DNA of 59,209 bases, taken from a bacterium UBA2219 (GTDB lineage: Bacteria; Desulfobacterota; Deferrimicrobia; Deferrimicrobiales; Deferrimicrobiaceae). Shown here in pieces: positions 9,222 to 19,847 of the stretch. A program made the translations under genes and the position numbers. The stretch's first letter is position 1, and every line of letters starts with the position of its first letter. The notes beneath the pieces are model-generated. The model was not told where the DNA came from and made no database searches. It was given only the letters and a program-made list of their open reading frames with translations. The DNA lies in the NCBI GenBank assembly GCA_002327765.1, contig DCUH01000073.1, forward strand, positions 31,379 through 90,587, read 5' to 3'.

Positions 9222-11657
9222 TCACTCCTCCCCGGCGACGAAGGAGAGCTTTTCCCCGAGGGAGCGGAACGCCCCGACCCAGGCCGTCGCCTGCGCGTCG
9301 CCTTCCCGCGATCTCTTGAGGATTTCCGGGTATACGGTTTTCCTCAGGTCGTCGTAGATGTTCTGGGCGCCGAAGAAGAGCACTTCGAAGGGCAGGTCGC
9401 GCCCCATGTCCACGGCCTCCTCGAAGCGGCGCAGGAGATCGAGATCCCCGGGCTCCTCCCGGAAGGCGTCCGCGACTGCGTCGACCCTCTTCTGGAGCGC
9501 GAACCCGATGCCCGCGGCGTCGAGCGGCAACCCGTTGCCGCTACCCTCTTCGAGGAGCCCCCGGATGACCGAGGCGTCCGGGATTTCCGCCGACACGGCG
9601 TCGCGCAGCTCCGCGTTCAGCGCGACCCTCGCCGAAGCGAAAAGCGGGTCGGGCAGCGGCATCCCCATGCTCGACAGGAAGCGGATCATGTTGGCGTGCT
9701 GACGGTAGACCTGCCGGTGGTTCGCCTCCGTGTCCGAGAGGGTCTGGGCGAGGATGATGTGGAGGATCTTGCGCAGCTCGTCGCGGAACAGCAGCTTCAG
9801 GGAATAGGTCCCCTGGCCGAAGTGCTTGTCGACCTTCCGGATCACGTCCGGCAGGTCGGCGGTCTTGAAGACGTCCCCGATCTCCCGGACGAGCGCCCCG
9901 TATTCCTCGTCGCCGCGGAAGTCGCGGATCCCCCCGCTGACGTTGTGGTCCCCCAGGTGCAGCACGCCAAAAGACAGGTGCGCCGATTCCCGCGTGACGG
10001 CGGAGGCGACGCGCGCCCTCCCGAGCGCGATCTTCGTCCTCCCGGACGTCTGGACGCGGAAATCCTCCCGGTCGACGTCGTAGCAGTAGATCCGCGCGCG
10101 GTCCGGGTAGTTCTCGAAGAGGGTGCTCACCGCGTAGTGGGCGCCGACCTTCTGCAGGTCGACCATGGCCGGCTTCACGAACTTCTCGTAGATGCGGCGG
10201 CCGTTCCCGTGCTCGGGCAGATTGCTGGCCGCCCGCTCGAGCCGCTCGAGGAACCCCGCCTCGACGGAGTCCCCGAAGACCTCCCTTCCGAGCTGGACGA
10301 CCCGGCCGGCGTACTGGAGCACCTGCACCGTCTCGATCCCGGAGATCTCGTCGAAGAACCAGCCGCAGCTCGTGTACATGAGCATGGCCTGCCGCTGGAT
10401 CTCCATCAGCCGCAGCGCGCGGACTTTCCGCTCCGGGGAGGTCTCCCCCGCGGCGTGCTTCCCCAGGAACCCGTCGACGGAGGCGTCGGACCGGTCGAGG
10501 ATCACGGAGATGTAGTCGTCGCGGGCGGCCCACGGGTCCTTGAAGATCTTCCCGCCTTCCGATTCGAACAGCGGGGCCACGGTGTCCCGGAGCCAGTCCA
10601 GCGCTTCCCGCAGCGGCGCTCTCCACCCCTGGTTCCAGCCGGGGCGCCCGCCGGAATTGCACCCGCAGTCGCTTTTCCAGCGCTCCACGCCGTGCACGCA
10701 GCTCCAGGAGCTGTTGTCGAAGATCTTGACGTCGTGGGTCGGCGGGAACCGCTCGAGGAACTCACCGTAGTTCGTGACCCGCACCTCCGGGTCGTTGTCG
10801 AGGAGCCGGAGGGCCCTCGAGAGCGCCATCTCCCCCTGGTGATGGTGGTGCCCGTACGTCTCGCCGTCCGTGGCGATGTGGACGAGCTGCTGCGGCCACG
10901 GGCGCTGGTCGGAGAAGGCCCCGCGCAGGCGGTCGGCGAGGTGCTCCCCCTTTTCGAGCAGCCTCTCGAAGGCCACGGCCTGGGAGACGGGCCCATCGTA
11001 GAAGAAGATGCAGATCTTCTTTCCCGAGGGGAGGCGCAGCTCGTACGGGATGGCGGGATCGATCCGGCCGTCGCTCGCGTCGCGCCAGTCCCGGGCCCCT
11101 TTCTTCCGGAACTTGGCCGCCTGGCGGGGGGCCAGGATCGTGAAGCGGATCCCTTCCCGGGCGAGGACCTCGAGGGTGGCAACGTCCGCGGCCGTCTCCG
11201 GCAGCCACATCCCTTCCGGCGCCCTGCCGAAGCGGTGCGCGAAATCCCGGATCCCCCAGCGGACCTGCGTCGCCTTGTCCCGCTCGTTGGCCAGGGGAAG
11301 GATGATATGGTTGTACCCCTGCGCCAGGGCGGAGCCGTGGCCGGAGAACGCCTCGCGGCTTTCCTTGTCGCCCTCCAGAATGGCGCGATAGGTCGCGGGA
11401 GACTTCTCCGCCATCCAGGAAAGCAGGGTCGGCCCGAAGTTGAAGCTGATCCGGGAGTAGTTGTTCACGATCTTCTCGATCCGCCCGTCCCCGGCGAGGA
11501 TCCGCGAATAGGCGTTGGCGGCGTAGCATTCCGCCACGATCCGCTCGTTCCAGTCGTGGAAGGGGTAGGCGGAGTCCTGCAGCTCGACCGCCTCCAGCCA
11601 GGGATTCTCCCGCGGGGGCTGGTAGAAGTGGCAGTGGATGCACACGTGTTTTTCCAT
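9222..11657 (-). CDS. glycoside hydrolase family 57 protein (long form, alpha-glucan acting)
   Basis: 811 aa. The N-terminus MEKHVCIHCHFYQPPRENPW... and GHGSALAQGYNHIILPLAN are GH57 catalytic-domain hallmarks. A long C-terminal extension follows. Confidence 0.85.
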   Translation of the reverse strand: MEKHVCIHCHFYQPPRENPWLEAVELQDSAYPFHDWNERIVAECYAANAYSRILAGDGRIEKIVNNYSRISFNFGPTLLSWMAEKSPATYRAILEGDKESREAFSGHGSALAQGYNHIILPLANERDKATQVRWGIRDFAHRFGRAPEGMWLPETAADVATLEVLAREGIRFTILAPRQAAKFRKKGARDWRDASDGRIDPAIPYELRLPSGKKICIFFYDGPVSQAVAFERLLEKGEHLADRLRGAFSDQRPWPQQLVHIATDGETYGHHHHQGEMALSRALRLLDNDPEVRVTNYGEFLERFPPTHDVKIFDNSSWSCVHGVERWKSDCGCNSGGRPGWNQGWRAPLREALDWLRDTVAPLFESEGGKIFKDPWAARDDYISVILDRSDASVDGFLGKHAAGETSPERKVRALRLMEIQRQAMLMYTSCGWFFDEISGIETVQVLQYAGRVVQLGREVFGDSVEAGFLERLERAASNLPEHGNGRRIYEKFVKPAMVDLQKVGAHYAVSTLFENYPDRARIYCYDVDREDFRVQTSGRTKIALGRARVASAVTRESAHLSFGVLHLGDHNVSGGIRDFRGDEEYGALVREIGDVFKTADLPDVIRKVDKHFGQGTYSLKLLFRDELRKILHIILAQTLSDTEANHRQVYRQHANMIRFLSSMGMPLPDPLFASARVALNAELRDAVSAEIPDASVIRGLLEEGSGNGLPLDAAGIGFALQKRVDAVADAFREEPGDLDLLRRFEEAVDMGRDLPFEVLFFGAQNIYDDLRKTVYPEILKRSREGDAQATAWVGAFRSLGEKLSFVAGEE

Positions 11658-13532
11658 TTACGGGCTCTCCTCTTCGTCTTCCAGGAGCAGGATGAAGGAC
11701 CTCGGGTTCACCGGAAGGCCGCTTCCTCCGGAGGGATCGAACGTCCCGGAAGCCATCCCCCCGGGACCTCCCCACCGGGCGTCGGAGGAATCCATCGCCT
11801 TTCTCCACCGTTTCCCGGGAAGCGGAAGACGCAACTCCGCCGGCGAGTCGCCGAAGTGGAACAGGACCGACGCGCGCGCCCCGGCGTTATCGCGCAGGAC
11901 GAGGAGGGCCCTGTCCCGCTCGAAGGGGACCGCCTCCGTCTTCCCGGCGAGCGGGCCTTCCGGAACGGCAAGGGCGGGGCTAGCCTTCCGGAGCCGGATC
12001 AGCTCCCGGTGCAGCCCGAGCAGGGCAGCGTGCCTCCCGGTTTCTCGAAGCGAAGGATCCGGCCGGGATATCCGGAAGGTCTCCTCGTCCTGCGGGTCGG
12101 GCACTCCGCCTTCCCACCCGAACGCTGCGAACTCCTCCTTGCGCCCCTTGCGGACCGCCTCGACGAGACCTTCGTCCCCGTGGTGCACGAAATAGAGGAA
12201 AGGCGCCTCCTCGCCGTACTCCTCCCCCATGAACAGCAGCGGCAGGAAGGGCGAAAGCAGGACCGCTCCCGCCGCGAGCTTGAGCGACTCGAAGGAGACC
12301 AGCCGGCTGAGCCGCTCCCCCCGCATCCGGTTCCCGACCTGGTCGTGGTTCTGGGCGAACACGACGAACTTCCCGGCGGGGAGATGGGAGGACCGGTTCC
12401 CGTGCCGGCGCATCCGGTACGCGGAATACTGCCCGGAGTAAACGAAGCCGTCCGTGAACGCCCGGGCCAGCTGTTCGATCTCTCCGAAGTCCGAATAATA
12501 TCCGTCGCGCTCGCCGGTCAGCAGGGTGTGAAGCGCGTGATGGAAGTCGTCGCTCCACTGGGCGTCGAGGCCGAATCCCCCCCGTTCCGGCTCGTCGACG
12601 ACACGGGCGTCGTTCAGGTCGCTTTCCGGGATCAGATAGGCGAAGCGGTTTTCCTCGGAACGGAAGCGGCGCACGGCCTCCGCGAGCTCGGCGAGGAAGG
12701 GGGAGGCGCTGAAGTCCATGATGCCGTGGATCGCGTCGAGGCGCAGGGCGTCCACGCGTAAATCCCGGATCCAGTAAAGGGCGTTTTCCCGGAAATACCT
12801 GCGCACCTCGTCGCTGCAGGGCCCGTCGAAGTTCACGGCGGAGCCCCAGGGGGTGCGGTACCGGTCGCTGAAGTAGGGGCCGAAATCCCGGAGGTAGTTG
12901 CCTTCCGGTCCGAGGTGGTTGTAGACAACGTCCAGAACGACCGCCAGCCCCCGGCGGTGGCACGCATCGATCAGCCGCGCCATCCCTTCCGGCCCACCGT
13001 AGCTTTCCTGGACCGCGAACGGGAATACGCCGTCATATCCCCAGTTCCGCTCCCCGGGAAACTGGGAGACGGGCATCAGTTCCACGGCGGTGATCCCCAG
13101 TTCCGCGAGGGAGTCGAGGCGCGGGATCACCGCATCGAAGGTACCTTCGGTCGTGTACGTCCCGATGTGAAGTTCGTAGAGGATGTACGAGGAGAGCGGG
13201 ATCCCGAGCCATCCGCGGTCCGTCCGGGGGAACGACCCGAAGTCGACCACCATGGTAGGGCCGTGGACCCCCCGCGGCTGCCGGCGCGACGCCGGATCGG
13301 GCCGCTCGATCGTTCCATCCAGTCGGTAGAGATAGAGCGCGCCCGCCGTCACGCCCTCCGCGATCCCGTTATGGTACCCGGATCCGTCGCGCTCCAGCGG
13401 GACGATCCGCTCGGGGGGGGAAAGAAGGCGGACCTCGACGGACCGGGCGGCGGGGGCGTACACCAGGAACCGGCATCGGCCGCCCGGGAGCAGGGTCGCG
13501 CCGAGGGGATGTCCCCGGATGTCCCCGGTCAC
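11658..13532 (-). CDS. treZ: malto-oligosyltrehalose trehalohydrolase
   Basis: C-terminal 624 codons of ORF 11658..15260. Contains GATLLPGGRCRFLVYAPAARSVEV (CBM48-like) and GH13 blocks VVLDVVYNHLGPEGN, DALRLDAIH, FAQNHDQVGNR. GTG start 13532-13530 overlaps the malQ TGA. Confidence 0.9.
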   Translation of the reverse strand: MTGDIRGHPLGATLLPGGRCRFLVYAPAARSVEVRLLSPPERIVPLERDGSGYHNGIAEGVTAGALYLYRLDGTIERPDPASRRQPRGVHGPTMVVDFGSFPRTDRGWLGIPLSSYILYELHIGTYTTEGTFDAVIPRLDSLAELGITAVELMPVSQFPGERNWGYDGVFPFAVQESYGGPEGMARLIDACHRRGLAVVLDVVYNHLGPEGNYLRDFGPYFSDRYRTPWGSAVNFDGPCSDEVRRYFRENALYWIRDLRVDALRLDAIHGIMDFSASPFLAELAEAVRRFRSEENRFAYLIPESDLNDARVVDEPERGGFGLDAQWSDDFHHALHTLLTGERDGYYSDFGEIEQLARAFTDGFVYSGQYSAYRMRRHGNRSSHLPAGKFVVFAQNHDQVGNRMRGERLSRLVSFESLKLAAGAVLLSPFLPLLFMGEEYGEEAPFLYFVHHGDEGLVEAVRKGRKEEFAAFGWEGGVPDPQDEETFRISRPDPSLRETGRHAALLGLHRELIRLRKASPALAVPEGPLAGKTEAVPFERDRALLVLRDNAGARASVLFHFGDSPAELRLPLPGKRWRKAMDSSDARWGGPGGMASGTFDPSGGSGLPVNPRSFILLLEDEEESP

Positions 13533-15667
13533 GGCCCGCCTCCTCCGCGGAGCCGCCGGACCTCCTCCAGAATCCGGGCGACTTGCGGCATCGCGCGGAA
13601 CTCCTCCATGGCGTATCGGCATTTCCTTTTCCAGTTTGGGCGCTCCTTCCAGGTGCCCGGGGTGTTCTGCGGCGCCTCTTCCAGCCAGAGGTCCTCCAGG
13701 TTGACGATCAGCGTTTCGGCGGGGCCGGCGGCGAGGCGGGCGAGGCAGCCCCGCAGCGCGTCTCCCGCCGCCGCGACCCCGCGCGGACCTCTTCCGCTTC
13801 CGCAGATCCCCAGGCAGGCCGACAACGCCAGCACGGCCTTCCCCCGCGCCGCCCTTTCCCGTTCCGCGCCGCGGGGGGCGAGAAGCCCCAGGGAAAGGCG
13901 GTCGTCGATGTCGCGCCCCTTCCAGAAGGAGGCGAAGGGAGGCATGTCGTGGGTGTTCATGCAGGCGACGGACCCTTTCGGGACGCGCGCGAGCGCGTCG
14001 CAGCCGCCAGACGACAGGCCGAACTGCGCCACCGACATCCGGAGGAACCCGTGCCGGGACATCGCCGGCCGCACCTGCGGGGGAACCGTCCCGAGGTCCT
14101 CCCCGACGATCCGGGCCCGGTGCCGGTTCGATTCCAGGCAGGCCACGGCGTACAGCTCCTCCGCGGGGTACCGCACGTAGGTTCCCTCGGCGGGCCCCGC
14201 CCCCTTCGGGATCCAGAAGAAGCGGTGCAGCCCCATGACATGGTCGATCCTCAGGATCCCCGCGTGCCGGGCCTGGGCGGCGATGCATTCGCGGAAATAG
14301 GCGTGCCCCTCCTCCCGCGACCGTTCGGGCTGCAGCGGGGGGAAGCCCCAGTCCTGCCCCCGGGTGAAGAAGTCGTCGGGGGGAGCGCCCGCGGAGGCGT
14401 CGAGCGCGAAGAGCGCGCGGCGCCTCCAGACGTCGTAGCCGTCGTAGCTCGCCCCCAGCGGAAGGTCGAGGTAGAGGAGCTTCCTCCCTCCTTCCGATAG
14501 GGCGCGCAGCTGGAGCCGGAGCGCCCATTGGACGAACAGGTGGTACCGTTTCCCCGCCTCGTCGAAATCGCCCGGCCGCAGTAGCCCGTCCCCCGGCGGC
14601 CCGCCCCAGGCGGGCCACGGGGTCCCGCGGCGGTCCCAGGCCGCCCGGAAGGCGGCGTAATCCTCCACCCACGGGTTCTCCGCGAAGAACCGCCGGTATC
14701 CTTCGTCCGAACCGCTCTCGCCCCGGAAGAACCGGCGCGCGAGCGCTTCGAGGACGGGGCGCTTCCTCTCCAGGGCGCGGCGGTGGTCCACGAACCGGGA
14801 GCTCCGGAGCCGTTCCGTCTCTTCCCGGTACGCGGACGACGAGACGAGCGCCTTCGCCTCCCGGCACTCCGCGAAGCCGGGCGCGGCTTCCGGGTCGAGG
14901 TAGATCTCGTTCCACGCGAGACGGCTGCAGGGGGCGTAGGGGCTCGGCTCGAACGGCTCGGGCGCGCAGAACGAGAGCAGCGGGAGCGTCCCGACCGCGC
15001 TGCCGCCCAGCCGCTCCACCCAGTCCATCAGGTCGCGCAGATCCGTCAGGTCCCCGCCGTTCGCGCTCCGGCGGGAATGCAGGGCGTACAGGGGGAGGAA
15101 GACTCCCCACCCGCGGCGCTCTTCCTCCGGCGGGGCCCATGCCCGGGAAGGAGCGGAGACGAGCGTCGCCTCCCCGCGGACCCTCCCCCTGAGCTCCACA
15201 TGAAGCCGGTGGCATCCCATGGGCGGGCTCCACGGCAGGAGGATCCGTTTCTCGACGCACTCCCCGGCGCTCCCGGTCCCCGCACCCGATGGGGGGACGC
15301 GGGAGAGGTCGAAGGCGGCTTCCTTCGCGCCGCCGCCCTCCAGAACGAGGCGGACCCGGACGCGCCCGTTCCCCGCCCGCAGGGGAAGCCTCAACGGAAG
15401 GCTCGCCGGGGCGCCGTCCCAGGAGACGCAGACCGGGGGGCAGACGCGGTCCCAGGCGGATTCCTCCGCGCGCCGGAGCGCGTCCGGGGCGTCACGGGCC
15501 GTCTCCAGCGGCTCCCCGAGGCAGCGAAGCACCGCGACCAGCGTTTCGGGCGGAGGCGTCCTTCTCCCGTGGAGGATGTCGACGTACGAAGTCTGGACGC
15601 CGCGCAGCAGCGCCAGCCGGCGCAGGTCGCGCAGTTCCCGCGAACCTCCCCGGGACGGCGCCGTCAT
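13529..15667 (-). CDS. malQ: 4-alpha-glucanotransferase (amylomaltase, GH77)
   Basis: Start at MTAPSRGG (ATG 15667-15665). GH77 blocks LLYLDLPLGASYDGYDVW, ILRIDHVMGLHRFFWIP, IVGEDLGTVP, ACMNTHDMPP. Confidence 0.85.
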   Translation of the reverse strand: MTAPSRGGSRELRDLRRLALLRGVQTSYVDILHGRRTPPPETLVAVLRCLGEPLETARDAPDALRRAEESAWDRVCPPVCVSWDGAPASLPLRLPLRAGNGRVRVRLVLEGGGAKEAAFDLSRVPPSGAGTGSAGECVEKRILLPWSPPMGCHRLHVELRGRVRGEATLVSAPSRAWAPPEEERRGWGVFLPLYALHSRRSANGGDLTDLRDLMDWVERLGGSAVGTLPLLSFCAPEPFEPSPYAPCSRLAWNEIYLDPEAAPGFAECREAKALVSSSAYREETERLRSSRFVDHRRALERKRPVLEALARRFFRGESGSDEGYRRFFAENPWVEDYAAFRAAWDRRGTPWPAWGGPPGDGLLRPGDFDEAGKRYHLFVQWALRLQLRALSEGGRKLLYLDLPLGASYDGYDVWRRRALFALDASAGAPPDDFFTRGQDWGFPPLQPERSREEGHAYFRECIAAQARHAGILRIDHVMGLHRFFWIPKGAGPAEGTYVRYPAEELYAVACLESNRHRARIVGEDLGTVPPQVRPAMSRHGFLRMSVAQFGLSSGGCDALARVPKGSVACMNTHDMPPFASFWKGRDIDDRLSLGLLAPRGAERERAARGKAVLALSACLGICGSGRGPRGVAAAGDALRGCLARLAAGPAETLIVNLEDLWLEEAPQNTPGTWKERPNWKRKCRYAMEEFRAMPQVARILEEVRRLRGGGGP

Positions 15668-16800
15668 CCCGCCTGCCCTTCGAGCGTCTGCAGGTCGCCC
15701 GAACGCCCCATCAGCTGGACGTACCGGGCGATCCCGCTGCGGGTGATCATCCCCTCGATCCGGCCGCCGCTCGTGACCACCAGCCTTCCGACGTCGCCCC
15801 GGATCATCCGCTCGAGCGCCTTGACGGCGTCCTCTTCCGGGGAAACCTCCCACTCCGCCCGGTGCGGCACGTAGACCGCGGACACCCGCGTGGATTCGCG
15901 CGGCACGTCCTTCAGCTCCTTCAGGGTGAGCATGCCGAGGTACTTCCCGTTTTCCACCACGGGATACCCCCCGTAGCCGTAGCGCAGGAAATACCCGCTC
16001 ACGGCCTCGTCGAGACGGATGGAGGGCGGAACGGTCACCAGGTCCCTCGCCATGATGTGGCGCACCTTGATCCCGTCGAGGATCTCCTGGATCCCCGCCT
16101 GCTGGTAGCTCGCCTTCGCGGCGGTGTACAGGAACCAGCCGATGAGCATGAGCCAGATCCCTCCCGGCATCCCGGTGAACAGCGAGAAGATCCCCAGGAA
16201 GATGAAGAACAGCGCGATCTTCTGCCCGACGCCCGAGGCCTTCTGGGTCGCGTAGAAATAGTTCTTCTTCCGTTTCCAGAGGAACGACCGGAGCACCCTG
16301 CCCCCGTCCATCGGGAACCCCGGGATGAGGTTGAAGGCGGCCAGGATGAAATTGATCCGCGCGAGATAGGAGAAAAGGGCCCGCACGCCTCCTTCCGCCT
16401 GGAGCGTCCCGAACAGGAAGAGGGCCGCGAGGAGGAAGCTCGAGAGTGGCCCCGCGACCGCGATCCAGAACTCGGCGCGGGGGTGCGGCGGCTCGCTCTT
16501 CATCTGCGCCACGCCCCCGAAGATGAACAGGGTGATGCTCTCGATGGGTATGCCGTATCGCCTCGCGACGAAGGAATGGGCGAGCTCGTGGAAGGCCACC
16601 GAGGCGAAGAGGAGAAGCGACGCCAGGGCGCCCTTGATCCAATAGGCCAACGCCGGCAGGTCGGGCGCGGCCTGAGGGAAATAGACCGTCGAAAGCGACC
16701 AGGTGATCAGGCCGAATACGAGAAACCAGGTGAAATGCAGCCGGATCGGGATCCCCATCACCGAGCCGATCTTCCACGCGCCCGCCAGGGAGCCGTTCAT
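15664..16800 (-). CDS. site-2 protease (M50) family metalloprotease with C-terminal CBS pair
   Basis: Start MNGSLAGAW (ATG 16800-16798). Has HELAH zinc motif, AAFNLIPGFPMDGGRV (the NxxPxxxxDG motif), then two CBS-like repeats (IMARDLVTVPPS..., GRLVVTSGGRIEGMITRSGI). Confidence 0.85.
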   Translation of the reverse strand: MNGSLAGAWKIGSVMGIPIRLHFTWFLVFGLITWSLSTVYFPQAAPDLPALAYWIKGALASLLLFASVAFHELAHSFVARRYGIPIESITLFIFGGVAQMKSEPPHPRAEFWIAVAGPLSSFLLAALFLFGTLQAEGGVRALFSYLARINFILAAFNLIPGFPMDGGRVLRSFLWKRKKNYFYATQKASGVGQKIALFFIFLGIFSLFTGMPGGIWLMLIGWFLYTAAKASYQQAGIQEILDGIKVRHIMARDLVTVPPSIRLDEAVSGYFLRYGYGGYPVVENGKYLGMLTLKELKDVPRESTRVSAVYVPHRAEWEVSPEEDAVKALERMIRGDVGRLVVTSGGRIEGMITRSGIARYVQLMGRSGDLQTLEGQAG

Positions 16801-19460
16801 GACGCCCTCCTTTCCAGGGAAGCCCGTCCCCGGATCCATTTGTCCAGTTCCACGGCGACAACGACGGTCATGGAAATCGCCACGATGAGGAGCCAGTCCG
16901 CGCCGTCGAGGGGTACCGTCCGGAAGACCCGCTGCAGCGGAGGGGCGTAGAGCACGGCGAGCTGGGCGAGCAGCGCCGCGATCACGCTGTACAGCAGGAA
17001 CGGGTTGCTGAAGGGGGAGATCCGGAAGACGGACCGGTGCTCGGACCGGCTGTTCCAAACCTGGAAGAACTGGAAGAGGACCATGGTGGTCATCGCGACC
17101 GATCGGGCCTTCTCGATCGACGCGCCGTGGCGCAGCGCGCCGAAATAGGCGAACAGGATCCCGGCCGAGATGGTCAGCCCGACGAGGACGGTCCGCTCGA
17201 GCAGGAGGCGGGACATGATCCCTTCCCGCGGGTCCCGCGGCGGGCGCAGGAGGGTTCCCTCCTCCCCCGGCTCGAAGGCGAGGGCGACGTCCTGCAGCCC
17301 GTTGGTCACGAGGTTGATCCAGAGGATCTGCGCGGGGAGGTAGGGAGCCGGGAACCCCATGAGGACGGAGGCCAGGATCGAGAGGATGCTGGCAAGCCCG
17401 GTGGGAATCAGGAAGAAGGTGACCTTCCGGATGTTGTCGAAGACGATGCGCCCTTCCCGTACGGCGTGGAAGATGCTGGCGAAGTTGTCGTCCGCCAGCA
17501 CCATGTCCGAGGCCTCCTTGGCCACGTCGGTCCCCGTGATCCCCATCGCGATGCCGATATGCGCGGCCTTGAGCGAGGGGGCGTCGTTCACGCCGTCCCC
17601 GGTCATGGCCACGATCTCTCCGCCGCGGATCAGCTGCTTCGCGATCCGCAGCTTGTGCTGCGGCGAGACGCGGGCGTAGACGGACACCTCCCCGGTCTTT
17701 TGGAAGAGGGCGTCGTCGTCCATCGGCTCGATTTCGCGGCCGGTCAGCACGACGGGATCCTTTCCCCCGATCCCCAGCCCCCGGGCGACGGCCGACGCGG
17801 TGACCGCATGGTCGCCGGTGATCATCACGACCCGGATTCCCGCCTTGCGGCACCCTTCCACGGCCTCGATCGCCTCCGGGCGCGCCGGGTCGATCATCCC
17901 CTGCAGGCCGGCGAAGCGGAAGCCGGACTCCGCGTCCCGGTGGTGCAGCTCCGCCATCTCGGCGGGAGCCTCCTTCCACGCGAAGGCGAGCACCCGGAGC
18001 CCGTCCGCGGCAAGGTGGCCCGCCGTTTCGAGGATGTGCTCCTTTTCCCGCTCGCCCGCGGAGCACATCGGGACGACCCGCTCCGGTGCGCCTTTCAGGA
18101 AAACGCGCTTTCCGTCCGCCGTCCTGTGGAGCGTCGCCATGTACCCCCGGTCGGACTCGAAGGGGATGATCGAGATCAGGGGGTTCTGCTCCAGTTCCTT
18201 TTCGCGCAGGATGCGGGCCTTCCCGGCCGCCACGATGAGGGCGCCTTCCGTAGGATCGCCGTCGACCCTCCATCGCCCCGACTCTTCGCGGACCTCGGAC
18301 TCCGTGCAGAGGGCGCCGATCCGGAGAAGCGTCGCCAGGTCCGGGTTCTTCGCCGGGTCCGCCGGGTCGCCGTCCCGGAGGACCTCGCCGACCGGCTCGT
18401 AGCCGGTGCCCGTCACCTCGTACGTCCGGGCCCCGTCGTGGAGCACCTTCACCGTCATCTCGTTCCGGGTGAGCGTCCCGGTCTTGTCGCTGCAGATGAC
18501 CGTCGTGCTGCCGAGCGTCTCGACGGCGGGGAGCCGGCGGACGACCGCCTTCTGGCGCGCCATGCGGCTGACCCCGATGGCGAGAACGATCGTCACGACA
18601 ATGGGAAGCCCCTCGGGCACCGCGGCGACGGCGGCGGTCACTGCGGTCATGAACATGTCCTTGACGGGCTCCCCGACGAGGAGCCCCGCCAGGAAGAGGA
18701 GAACGGACGCCCCCAGGACCAGGATTCCGATCATGTGCGCGAAGCGCTCCATCTTCTGCTGGAGGGGCGCCTTGGCGGCCCCCACCTCGCGTACTTCCCG
18801 CGCGATGCCACCCAGGACGGTGGAGCTCCCGGTAGCGACCACGATTCCCCTGCCCCTGCCGTTCAGGACGATCGTCCCCATGAACGCCATGTTCCTCTGG
18901 TCGCCCGGGGTGAGGTTTTCCTCCGGAATGGGGGTGTGGATCTTCGCCGCGGGAAGCGATTCGCCGGTAAGCATCGCCTCCTCCACGGAGAGCTCCAGGG
19001 AACGAACCAGCCGGAGGTCGGCGGGCACGCGGGCGCCGGAGGCCAGGAGCACGATGTCCCCGGGGACCAGTTCCTCGCTCGGGATCTCGCGTTCCTTCCC
19101 TTCCCGGACGACCCGGGCCTTCGGCACCTCGAGCTTCCGCAGCGCGCGGACGCTTTCCTCCGCCCGGTATTCCTGGAAGAATCCGATGACCGCGTTCAGA
19201 AGAACGACGAAGAGGATGACGCCCGCGTCCGTGAATTCCCTAAGCAGCAGGGTGACCAGGGCCGCGAGGAGCAGGATATAGATGAGGGGGCTCGTGAACT
19301 GGTTGAGGAAGATGCGGAACCGGTTGATCTCCTCCTCTCCGGCGAGGCGGTTCGGTCCGTGCTCCGCGAGCCGTTCCCTCGCCTCCGTTTCGGCGAGGCC
19401 GCTTTCCCGCGTTTTCGTCTCCGCGAGAACCTGTTCCGCTTCCATCCGGTACCAGTCCAT
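16797..19460 (-). CDS. cation-transporting P-type ATPase (type II, SERCA/PMCA-like)
   Basis: 887 aa with [19 protein letters not shown] (TM4), TGDHAVTA and [21 protein letters not shown] sits immediately after the mrpG stop. Confidence 0.9.
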   Translation of the reverse strand: MDWYRMEAEQVLAETKTRESGLAETEARERLAEHGPNRLAGEEEINRFRIFLNQFTSPLIYILLLAALVTLLLREFTDAGVILFVVLLNAVIGFFQEYRAEESVRALRKLEVPKARVVREGKEREIPSEELVPGDIVLLASGARVPADLRLVRSLELSVEEAMLTGESLPAAKIHTPIPEENLTPGDQRNMAFMGTIVLNGRGRGIVVATGSSTVLGGIAREVREVGAAKAPLQQKMERFAHMIGILVLGASVLLFLAGLLVGEPVKDMFMTAVTAAVAAVPEGLPIVVTIVLAIGVSRMARQKAVVRRLPAVETLGSTTVICSDKTGTLTRNEMTVKVLHDGARTYEVTGTGYEPVGEVLRDGDPADPAKNPDLATLLRIGALCTESEVREESGRWRVDGDPTEGALIVAAGKARILREKELEQNPLISIIPFESDRGYMATLHRTADGKRVFLKGAPERVVPMCSAGEREKEHILETAGHLAADGLRVLAFAWKEAPAEMAELHHRDAESGFRFAGLQGMIDPARPEAIEAVEGCRKAGIRVVMITGDHAVTASAVARGLGIGGKDPVVLTGREIEPMDDDALFQKTGEVSVYARVSPQHKLRIAKQLIRGGEIVAMTGDGVNDAPSLKAAHIGIAMGITGTDVAKEASDMVLADDNFASIFHAVREGRIVFDNIRKVTFFLIPTGLASILSILASVLMGFPAPYLPAQILWINLVTNGLQDVALAFEPGEEGTLLRPPRDPREGIMSRLLLERTVLVGLTISAGILFAYFGALRHGASIEKARSVAMTTMVLFQFFQVWNSRSEHRSVFRISPFSNPFLLYSVIAALLAQLAVLYAPPLQRVFRTVPLDGADWLLIVAISMTVVVAVELDKWIRGRASLERRAS

Positions 19461-19469
19461 GTCGTCCTC

Positions 19470-19847
19470 CTACCCGGCGTCCGGGCCGCGGGAAGCTGTC
19501 CGGGCATCCCGTCGTTCCTGTTCCTCGAGCGCCTTCTTCAGTTCGTCCGTGACCCGGTCCCCCCACAGGGGAACCCCCGAGAAATAGGCCGCCCGCGCGA
19601 TCATGTGGCCCGCGACGGGGGCCGTCAGGCAGAAAAAGCCGATCACGAGGAGCGCGGAAACCGTGATCCCGAAGTCGGCGAAAAAGATCGTCAGCGCCAG
19701 GATCATCAGCGTGACCCCCAGGGTGGCGGCCTTGGCCGACGCCTGGACCCGGCTGTAGAGGTCGGGGAAGCGGAAGACGCCGACGGCCCCGAGGAGCATG
19801 AAGGCGGAGCCGAGGCAGAGCAGGATCGCGGCGGCCAGCTCCTTCAC
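19470..19847 (-). CDS. mrpG: Na+/H+ antiporter subunit G
   Basis: 125 aa. ...GAVGVFRFPDLYSRVQASAKAATLG... is the MnhG/PhaG signature. GTG start overlaps the mrpF TGA. Confidence 0.8.
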   Translation of the reverse strand: MKELAAAILLCLGSAFMLLGAVGVFRFPDLYSRVQASAKAATLGVTLMILALTIFFADFGITVSALLVIGFFCLTAPVAGHMIARAAYFSGVPLWGDRVTDELKKALEEQERRDARTASRGPDAG

